A stretch of DNA of 30,414 bases from a virus (lineage: Duplodnaviria; Caudoviricetes). Below are positions 23,794-30,414 of the stretch, one piece after another. The position numbers were made by a program, and so were the translations under genes. The notes beneath the pieces were generated by a model. It was not told the DNA's origin, did not search any database, and saw only the letters and a list, made by a program, of their open reading frames with translations. Location of the stretch: positions 1 to 30,414 of the IMG/VR virus record IMGVR_UViG_3300020043_001104; one strand, 5' to 3'. Each line of letters begins with the position of its first letter. Positions within the stretch are counted from its first letter, which is position 1.

Positions 23794-24582
23794 TTAATCC
23801 TTTACTACCTGGGCAAACATTTTTTCTACCTTCTGCCGGTAGGATGCGTCTGTATTGTAGCGCTTGTCTGCCACCATTTGATACAGCTCATCTTTGCTTG
23901 GCAAGCCATCCATTGGTTCTGTCTCGATGGGCAATCTACCTTCATAACCTTCGCGCAACTTTGCCAGCATGTTTATGCCGCGAGCTGTGCCTGCCATGAT
24001 TTTAAATTCATCCCAATCCTCAGAACCCCAAATGCCTTTTTGGATTAAGCCGCGAGCCCAATCTGCCATGCCATTGACCAAAGCCTGACCATTAGGGCCA
24101 AGCATTTTCATTTCTTGGGCTGCGTCCACACTAGCATCACCCATTAGCTCTTGTGATTTTTCCTTGAGTGTTCCCACCAAGTCGTCAAATTGAGCTTGCG
24201 ATAAGCCATTCTCTTTTGCCCAATCAACCAATGTGCCAGCCATTGGGTTATCGGCTGCATCATCACCCCAACTGCTGGTGTCATACTGGCCATCGGCTGG
24301 GGCTTTGTGCTTGCCCTGGCTAATCTGCTTACGCAAATCAGACCAGCTTTTACTCATGGCTTCCAGGTTAGCTTCGCCTTTGTCGTTATCCCAAAAGTTA
24401 TCTGGAAGATACTCAGGCTTTACTTTAGGCGCACCAGTGTCTGATGCCGAACCTGTAGGGGTTTCTGCTGTCTTATGATCTATTGATACTGCTTCTTTAG
24501 ATTCAGGCTTAGTTGTATCTTCGAGCGTCACATTGTCAAGTAAGCCGGTGCCGGGCTCGACGGTTGCTGTGTCGGTAGTCAT
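23794..24582 (-). CDS. Capsid assembly scaffolding protein
   Basis: Acidic; KPEYLPDNFW, AKENGLSQAQFD, D.RY.TD.SYRQKVE; between portal and MCP. Confidence 0.8.
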   Translation of the reverse strand: MTTDTATVEPGTGLLDNVTLEDTTKPESKEAVSIDHKTAETPTGSASDTGAPKVKPEYLPDNFWDNDKGEANLEAMSKSWSDLRKQISQGKHKAPADGQYDTSSWGDDAADNPMAGTLVDWAKENGLSQAQFDDLVGTLKEKSQELMGDASVDAAQEMKMLGPNGQALVNGMADWARGLIQKGIWGSEDWDEFKIMAGTARGINMLAKLREGYEGRLPIETEPMDGLPSKDELYQMVADKRYNTDASYRQKVEKMFAQVVKD

Positions 24583-24842
24583 AAATTCCTAGCTTGTAAG
24601 ATCCGTGCTTTTAAATCTCGTATAACTGTTCTCTGCCCTTCAGCAAAGAAAGCATACGAGGGGTCGTTACCTGGCACGGCGACAGGCACGTCCACATACA
24701 TTTGATCTAACCATTTCATTATTGCCAGCCCATCCTCTGACGTGAATACACGCAAGCATAGCTTGGCAATGTCTTCGCGCTGCTGTGTTACTGCGCGAAT
24801 ATCACTGGTTTGATCCATGTTATCTAATTCATCCCAGCTCAT
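24579..24842 (-). CDS. Small head protein following the portal (BPP-1 Bbp19-like)
   Basis: VF.SEDG..I..WL and FAEGQRTVI motifs. Confidence 0.75.
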   Translation of the reverse strand: MSWDELDNMDQTSDIRAVTQQREDIAKLCLRVFTSEDGLAIMKWLDQMYVDVPVAVPGNDPSYAFFAEGQRTVIRDLKARILQARNL

Positions 24843-26431
24843 TAAGCCATCCCTTCGGGCGCTGGTTGTCCTTGCTGCATAGCTGCCATTTGCATAGCCA
24901 TTGCCTGCTGCTGTTGAGCTTGGGCTTCTTCCATCAGCACAGCACGCTCAGTCGCATCATTGCGCACAATAGAAGGCACACCCAGCTTGTCGCCAATGTA
25001 ATCAACCACAGCATCATTCTTTAAAGCAAGTTGGCCATCAGCGCCAAACGTCTGCATCAGCTGGGCATATTGCAAAATGGCATTAACCTCTTCCATGTTC
25101 TGCGCCATAGCCAGCGGAGCAACAGGAGTGACCTTGATTTCTAAGCCATTAACGCGCAACGGCATAATGATCAAGCCGCGCTCATCCATTACTTCGAGGA
25201 TCTTTGTGACCAGCGGGATCATTGTTTCGTTGATCAAGCGACCAAACGCCGAGCCAAGGTTTTGCGCGAGCTCCTTCATGCGCTCGACAATCTCAGTTGC
25301 AGACCTAGCAGACATATTGTCTGGTGGCAAAGACTCATCCAGCAATATGCGCTTGATATTACTGCGCAGATCATTGATGACCAGCTGAGATACGTTGAAG
25401 TCACCAGCGCGTGGCAGTGGCTGCAGTGCTGGGCCTTGTGGGCCACCGTTGCGTGCAACCGGGATAATGGCACCAGGCACAATCTTTACTGTGTTTGGAT
25501 TTAATACGCCATCATCTGCCGCTGTGTAAACGCCTGCCACTGCTAACGAAGCATTCTTTAATAGCAGCTCAATGGTTTTGTTTAATGTCTTAATGTCTGG
25601 CAAAGCAGTCAGCAATGGGCCACGGCCATAGATCTCGCCGGCTACCTTCATATAACGACTGATCACCCAAGGTGAATATGGTTTGCGCCTGTATACCAGC
25701 TCGTCTTTGCCTTCTTTCCAAATAACGTGATAGCAGTAGTCACCACGCTTATGATCGTAGATTGTGGCTTCAACTAGCTCAATGTCGTCTGTTGGCTTTT
25801 GCTCGATCTTGCTTTGCAGGTTTGGAGGTATTTTCGCGTCTGGCCATTGACGAATAATTGATTCGCCTTTTAAGCGCATACGACGGTAGACGTTATCTAC
25901 TTGGCCGTTTGCACCTTCTTCATACGCCACCAAAAACAATGGCACTGGCACGAAGTTAATTGGGCTGACATCGTCCCCTGGCTGCACCATCATGCAGGCA
26001 GTACCGACTGCTAGGTCTAATAAAAACTCACCGATAGCAATGTCGAAATTAGACTGACGCAATACAGCAAACATTTTCTCACTGTAAGCATCGAGCACTT
26101 CTTGGGCATCAGGTTTTTGATCGTCAGGTATTTGTACGCCTGGCTCTAAGCGCGACCACTTGCGCTGCGGAGGGAAGACTACTGATTGCAGTCTATTGGC
26201 AAACCGCTGGGTGCTATTGATTGCTGTTGAGTCAAATACCCTTGCCATCTTCTTGGTGCCTGTAGCGCCACCTTCCCATACGCCATACAGTTGGCGCTGG
26301 GGCAAAGCAAATTCATAAGCGTCCTGATACAGCGTTTGAAATTCATCTTTCTTACGCTGTGCAATATCCTGCCGTTTAAGGATCTCCTCTGGCTTTAATC
26401 GCTTACCACCTACTGGCACCTTGTATTCCAT
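24842..26431 (-). CDS. Portal (head-tail connector) protein
   Basis: VFDSTA, SNF......LDLAV.GTA, GEIYGRGP...ALPDIKTLN, SATEI.ER..E, GSAFGRL..E...PL. Confidence 0.93.
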   Translation of the reverse strand: MEYKVPVGGKRLKPEEILKRQDIAQRKKDEFQTLYQDAYEFALPQRQLYGVWEGGATGTKKMARVFDSTAINSTQRFANRLQSVVFPPQRKWSRLEPGVQIPDDQKPDAQEVLDAYSEKMFAVLRQSNFDIAIGEFLLDLAVGTACMMVQPGDDVSPINFVPVPLFLVAYEEGANGQVDNVYRRMRLKGESIIRQWPDAKIPPNLQSKIEQKPTDDIELVEATIYDHKRGDYCYHVIWKEGKDELVYRRKPYSPWVISRYMKVAGEIYGRGPLLTALPDIKTLNKTIELLLKNASLAVAGVYTAADDGVLNPNTVKIVPGAIIPVARNGGPQGPALQPLPRAGDFNVSQLVINDLRSNIKRILLDESLPPDNMSARSATEIVERMKELAQNLGSAFGRLINETMIPLVTKILEVMDERGLIIMPLRVNGLEIKVTPVAPLAMAQNMEEVNAILQYAQLMQTFGADGQLALKNDAVVDYIGDKLGVPSIVRNDATERAVLMEEAQAQQQQAMAMQMAAMQQGQPAPEGMA

Positions 26432-26611
26432 TTAATCTTCCTCTTTATCTTCAAGTAAATAGCCAGAGAGCAATGATCTTTCCATGCGACTTAGCGCAAT
26501 ATTCTTTTTAATCTTTTTTGCTATGGCAGCTTTTTGCTCTGGACTAAGTTCACCGGCCATTGGCTTGTCTTCTTCTTCGTGTTCTTTTTCCAGTGATATT
26601 TCAATTTTCAT
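26432..26611 (-). CDS. 59-aa hypothetical protein (MKIEISLEKEHEEEDKP...), not in ORF track
   Basis: AAGGAAG RBS; its TAA directly abuts the portal ATG. Confidence 0.65.
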   Translation of the reverse strand: MKIEISLEKEHEEEDKPMAGELSPEQKAAIAKKIKKNIALSRMERSLLSGYLLEDKEED

Positions 26612-26624
26612 TTTGCTTCCTTGG

Positions 26625-26951
26625 TTAATCTTCTTTTTCCAGTTTGTACTTTTCTAGCAAGTTGCGACCTTTGGCAGCCAACCTACGCGCTGAACTTGCT
26701 GTGCGCGGTACTGGCTCACCCCATGCATTTGCAGCCAATGCCAACCTGGTTGGTTCACCATCTTCATTTACCAGTGGCCCACTTGGGTTGGTATAAAACC
26801 TAGTCAAGAAAGATCCTTTGCGCCTGGCTTTGTCGCCAGATGGTGACGACTCTTTAACGCCTGGCTGCAGGTTATTGCTTTCTCCAGACTGTTCAAACTT
26901 GCGTCTGCCAGCTTCGGTCAGCCCACCTTCTGGATCTTTGTACTTGCTCAC
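26625..26951 (-). CDS. Basic phage protein (DUF6321-like)
   Basis: KDP.GGLT.AGR, NL.PGVK, RRKGSFLTRF, RLALAA.AWG. Confidence 0.7.
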   Translation of the reverse strand: MSKYKDPEGGLTEAGRRKFEQSGESNNLQPGVKESSPSGDKARRKGSFLTRFYTNPSGPLVNEDGEPTRLALAANAWGEPVPRTASSARRLAAKGRNLLEKYKLEKED

Positions 26952-27106
26952 TTTTTATCTCTAGCTGCTGCCATGTTGTCGATCAAATTAGGATAGGGCC
27001 TGCCTGCCTTTTGAGCTCGGCGCATAGCGCTACGCTTTTCAGATCCACTCAACTCTTTTGATTTGCCTAAATCTTTTGGTCGTGGCTTATCCCATACCTC
27101 TTTCAT
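26948..27106 (-). CDS. 52-aa basic protein (…AGRPYPNLIDNMAAAR), not in ORF track
   Basis: AAGGA RBS; ATGA/GTGA overlaps at both ends. Confidence 0.7.
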   Translation of the reverse strand: MKEVWDKPRPKDLGKSKELSGSEKRSAMRRAQKAGRPYPNLIDNMAAARDKK

Positions 27107-27261
27107 TTTTGTTCCTTCATCAATCCGCGTTTACGTTTAGATCTTTCCTGTTCTGACAAAGCAATTGCAATAGCTTGATCTCTGCTTGCGACCTTATCTC
27201 CGCTTGAACTTTTTAATGTGCCGGCTTTGTATTCGCGCATTACTTTATGAACTTTATCCAT
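27103..27261 (-). CDS. 52-aa basic protein (DUF6496-like), not in ORF track
   Basis: KVHKVMREYKAGTLKSSSG.KV.SR.QAIAIALSE motif; TAATG overlap with the upstream gene. Confidence 0.75.
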   Translation of the reverse strand: MDKVHKVMREYKAGTLKSSSGDKVASRDQAIAIALSEQERSKRKRGLMKEQK

Positions 27262-27917
27262 TATTTATCCTGCATTAATGGTCTTGCTCCTTTGCGACCG
27301 ACGACTGCCAGCCGCGCTCCTTTACGTTCACCGACTTCGCGCTGAAACTCTTGTTGAAGTTGACCACGCTTTTGTTCAAACTTAGTCTCATCAAATCCAG
27401 CTACCTGCGGAGCTTGTGGTGCTGATGGTGCTGATGGTGCTCTTTCAGAAAATGTAGGCACTGGATTATCTTTGTACAAATCATAGAATCTACCCTTAGT
27501 ACCTTTTGGTGCATTTTCAATAGAATATCCAGAAGGTAATTTTCTTGTGTCAATTTTTTGACCATCAACTGTAAATATTTGGAACGGATTAAAATTAACT
27601 GGATCTATTCTTACGTCAACATTACTAGCATCAATTTTTGTTTTTGCCTGGAAATTAGACAACGACTCGTTAAATTGTTTTAGCTTTTCCTCATACGCAG
27701 CCTTTGCGCTTTCGTATGCTGGCATTTGTATTTCTTTGTATTGCTTAGTCGCAGTTTCATACGGAGCCAGCGCTTCTTCTGTTTGCTGTTGATAAGCAGA
27801 AAAAGCAGACTCATATTCGCCGGTAGACGCTTCAATATTCTTTTTGAATTGCTCTGCTAACCTGGTTAAGTCTGAGCTCTTGCGCGTCATCATGCGCTTT
27901 TGGTATTTGGTTGCCAT
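27261..27917 (-). CDS. Hypothetical coiled-coil / Pro-rich protein, probably head-associated
   Basis: 218-aa ORF coupled by TAATG at both ends. Confidence 0.65.
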   Translation of the reverse strand: MATKYQKRMMTRKSSDLTRLAEQFKKNIEASTGEYESAFSAYQQQTEEALAPYETATKQYKEIQMPAYESAKAAYEEKLKQFNESLSNFQAKTKIDASNVDVRIDPVNFNPFQIFTVDGQKIDTRKLPSGYSIENAPKGTKGRFYDLYKDNPVPTFSERAPSAPSAPQAPQVAGFDETKFEQKRGQLQQEFQREVGERKGARLAVVGRKGARPLMQDK

Positions 27918-28366
27918 TACTGCAGCCTCATGCCTGGGCTTAGAGATATGCTCTCAACACCGAGCTCTGGTGTCATCCGTTCTTGCGAAAGCAGTGAGCG
28001 TCGGCCACCGCGAGTCCTAGCCTTTAATGCAGATGCTTCTGAGGCAGCTGCTTTACGGCGCTCTTCATCTGCAAGAGCTTGCACCTCTTGAGACTTTTGC
28101 TCCATTGCCAGTTTGTTTTCTTTGTACTGCAGCTGTGCAGCGTCAAACTGTTGGCGAGCAATATCTGATTGCTGTTGCAGTGATGTGGATTGCTTTGCGT
28201 ATTCTGCAGTTTGCTTTGCTATTTCTGTGCGCATAGCTTCTGCGTCAATAGTTTGCTGTTGCAGTGCTCGCTTCTGCGCTCTTTCTGCTTCACCGCGAGC
28301 TTTGCGACCTTCACTAGCGCCATACAAAGAGGAGGCAACAATTGCCCCGGTTATAAGGTAGGCCAT
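27917..28366 (-). CDS. Probable small virion protein (coiled coil, RGGRRSLL motif)
   Basis: 149 aa, Ala/Gln-rich, upstream of the portal as in related podoviruses. Confidence 0.65.
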   Translation of the reverse strand: MAYLITGAIVASSLYGASEGRKARGEAERAQKRALQQQTIDAEAMRTEIAKQTAEYAKQSTSLQQQSDIARQQFDAAQLQYKENKLAMEQKSQEVQALADEERRKAAASEASALKARTRGGRRSLLSQERMTPELGVESISLSPGMRLQ

Positions 28367-28836
28367 TCAATTTCCCCTAAAGTTTCTACTTCCATTTTTA
28401 ATTCTGCGTATTCAGCAGCAGTAAACATTTCTTCAAGTTTTGATACATTAGTTTCGTCTGTTGGGTTTGGATGAATGGTTGTCCATATAGTATCTTCATG
28501 AACCCAAACAACTCGTTTAGTTCCAGCTTCTGAAATAAATGAAGCAGGAGCTTCAAAATGTTCATAACCAAATTCCGTATAAACCGTCACGGCGCCTTTA
28601 GAAATAATATTCATATGGCGATGACGATGGATTCTGCCAACTACAACTGTTCCGCCAGTTAAATGGATTTCTCTGCAATACGTTCCAGGAGCCAACCAGT
28701 GTTTTAATGGAGCATCTGCAGGCTCTATACGCTCATTGTCTGGTAATGAATAACAAGCCATTTGAATGCGCATGATTTTCGCCCTAGCTATTGGAGTAGG
28801 CAAATTTGCACTAGGTGGTGTTATAACAATACTCAT
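28351..28836 (-). CDS. Cupin-fold phage protein
   Basis: H...PG.Y.RE......VVGRIHRHRH.NIISKG, AP..F.S.AGTKR, EDT.W.TIH. Confidence 0.7.
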   Translation of the reverse strand: MSIVITPPSANLPTPIARAKIMRIQMACYSLPDNERIEPADAPLKHWLAPGTYCREIHLTGGTVVVGRIHRHRHMNIISKGAVTVYTEFGYEHFEAPASFISEAGTKRVVWVHEDTIWTTIHPNPTDETNVSKLEEMFTAAEYAELKMEVETLGEIEWPTL

Positions 28837-28844
28837 ATTCCCTG

Positions 28845-28872
28845 ATTCTATTGCGTTTTAAAAGCGCATCAA
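28845..28872 (-). promoter_or_regulatory. Putative late promoter upstream of the cupin/head operon
   Basis: TTGATG-N16-TAGAAT, with a near-palindrome (TGCGTTTTAAAAGCGCA) across the spacer. Confidence 0.45.
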
Positions 28873-28896
28873 TCAATCATATTGCTAGCGTCTACA

Positions 28897-30414
28897 TTAG
28901 GCAAACACATCGAAGTCTGTATTAGCGCTTGTTTGTGGTGATGGTCTGCCGCCGAGCTGGTGAGTTCTGGTCATGCGGTTGTATTCACCACCGCCCAGCA
29001 TTAAATAGCCAAACGAGTCACCGATGTGTGAATGTTCGTTCTTGTTGGGCGCATCTCTGAAGCGTTCTTGGCCGGCACCGACGGCAATGCGTTTAAAGTG
29101 ATAGCCACCGGCTAATGATTTGCGCAATAGCTTGCAGGATCGGTTGACGATTAAGCCTGGCTTGCCGTTGATTAGGCGCTGCATAGGGGCTGCGGCTGCT
29201 TCTCTTCGCACTTTAAAGTCATTGCTGGCAGTGGGTTGAGCTCGCAGGCCAAGTGTTTTCAAATAATCAAAGGCAGTTACTTCATAAATAGCATCGCGTG
29301 CCATACCGGCTGGGTCGCCCCATATCATGACCTGGTGGTTTGGGTAGAGTTGGTTGAGCTCGGCTAGTAGCTGGTGGCCAAAGCGCTCTAAACCCATGTC
29401 AAAGGTAACGATCTCATGGTGGATTACCCATCGACCATTGGCTAGGCGCTGTCCGATGGTGGCAGCTGGGGTTAAACCGAAGTCTAGGCCGACCTGGATT
29501 GGTACGGTAGGGTCGATGTCTGTGTCGCCAGACATGGTGCCATCCTCATATTCTGGCCATACTGATCTACCTTCCTGGACATAGGTGTACAGACCACCTG
29601 CATAGCACTTGATCCAGTCCAGATTCTTACCTAGCAGCATTTGCTGGTAGTAGCCTGGAGGTAGATTGTTGATGTTCTCGGCTTTTGGGTTGACCTTCCA
29701 CCATTTACTAGCAGAAAAAATATGATCGTTGGCTTCGGGATTTTCTGGCAGGTCGTCGGCAGCAACTTCCATGATGCCGCCTGGTTGCTTAAAGAACTTC
29801 CAAGCATAAACGCCTGTCATTTTCTCCTTCTCTGCCATGCGGTGCCACCAATGGTCGTCATCCATTGGGTTGGTATCCATCCAGATACCGTGCCAGGTTG
29901 GGCCGCCATCGCGCTTGGTTGGATACCGGCCAACCCTATGTGTGAGCCCATCGATGACTGCTTTTGGGAGCTCTCTAGCTTCGTTCACCCAGGCACCTGT
30001 TAGCTCTAAAGAGAGCAGCTTTCTAACGTCTTTGGGCTGGTCTAGGGCTAGAAATATAACTTCGCAGTCTATGCCTGCAGCGTCACCCCTTGCTGGCAAT
30101 CGGATGTGGTGGGTAATCGGTGGAGTCCAGAGCAGTGGCCCGAATGTAGACTCAGGAAAGAGATCAATCCAGGTTTTGATCGTCGTTGTCTTCAGCATTG
30201 GGTAGCTGTTTCTGACTACCGCAAACCGGCTGTACCTGATGTTGTCTATCGGGGAGGGTTTCTGCTGAACTGCCTTGATAAAGATCTTGCTTGCGCAGCC
30301 ATACGACTTTCCCGACCCCACCGGCCCCATGATCCCCTGCACAAACGCGTTGCTCCTGATGAAGTCGTAGATCACCGGAGACTTGCTGAAGTCCAGATTC
30401 AACCCACCCACCAG
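28897..30414 (-). CDS. terL: Terminase large subunit (5' end outside window)
   Basis: Walker A GPVGSGKS, Walker B AWVNEARE, MDTNP coupling motif, nuclease GLDFG and HIGDSFGY; frame is open to the window edge. Confidence 0.95.
   Translation of the reverse strand: MVGGLNLDFSKSPVIYDFIRSNAFVQGIMGPVGSGKSYGCASKIFIKAVQQKPSPIDNIRYSRFAVVRNSYPMLKTTTIKTWIDLFPESTFGPLLWTPPITHHIRLPARGDAAGIDCEVIFLALDQPKDVRKLLSLELTGAWVNEARELPKAVIDGLTHRVGRYPTKRDGGPTWHGIWMDTNPMDDDHWWHRMAEKEKMTGVYAWKFFKQPGGIMEVAADDLPENPEANDHIFSASKWWKVNPKAENINNLPPGYYQQMLLGKNLDWIKCYAGGLYTYVQEGRSVWPEYEDGTMSGDTDIDPTVPIQVGLDFGLTPAATIGQRLANGRWVIHHEIVTFDMGLERFGHQLLAELNQLYPNHQVMIWGDPAGMARDAIYEVTAFDYLKTLGLRAQPTASNDFKVRREAAAAPMQRLINGKPGLIVNRSCKLLRKSLAGGYHFKRIAVGAGQERFRDAPNKNEHSHIGDSFGYLMLGGGEYNRMTRTHQLGGRPSPQTSANTDFDVFA

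Noticed and set aside
28880-28887. ATATTGCT octamer also found at 2419 and inverted at 2488
   Set aside because: About one extra copy of an 8-mer is expected by chance in 30 kb over both strands.
1-30414. Genome-wide stop-codon reassignment
   Set aside because: Core genes are full length in the standard code with tight stop/start coupling.

Overview
About 30 kb of a tailed dsDNA bacteriophage with a podovirus-type (T7/BPP-1-like) head-tail module. The host is probably a Gram-negative bacterium, plausibly a freshwater betaproteobacterium (inference from the spanin, the lipoprotein and the small gene families). On the minus strand, from right to left: terminase large subunit (cut by the window edge), cupin, small head-associated and basic proteins, portal, scaffold, major capsid and a decoration-like protein, tail tubular A/B, four internal virion (ejection) proteins, a multi-part tail fibre/adhesin set, and an eight-gene lysis/membrane cassette with a GH19 endolysin and an Rz-like spanin. 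A plus-strand island (2553-5703) encodes a small serine recombinase, a YqaJ exonuclease and RecT. It is transcribed divergently from a ribbon-helix-helix regulator, a Holliday-junction resolvase and small early genes. No RNA or DNA polymerase, tyrosine integrase, CI-type repressor, reverse transcriptase, tRNA or CRISPR array is visible. The most interesting observations are: (1) an HhH-GPD DNA glycosylase/AP-lyase-like domain with intact Lys/Asp inside a probable ejected virion protein; (2) a shared 'GVQLA' leader motif in two ejection proteins; (3) a multi-hairpin RNA leader on the capsid gene; (4) a family of 16-bp-spacer late promoters; (5) a res-like divergent control region for the serine recombinase; (6) a probable ATT-initiated gene in the lysis cassette. 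All family assignments come from motif recognition by eye, not from database searches.
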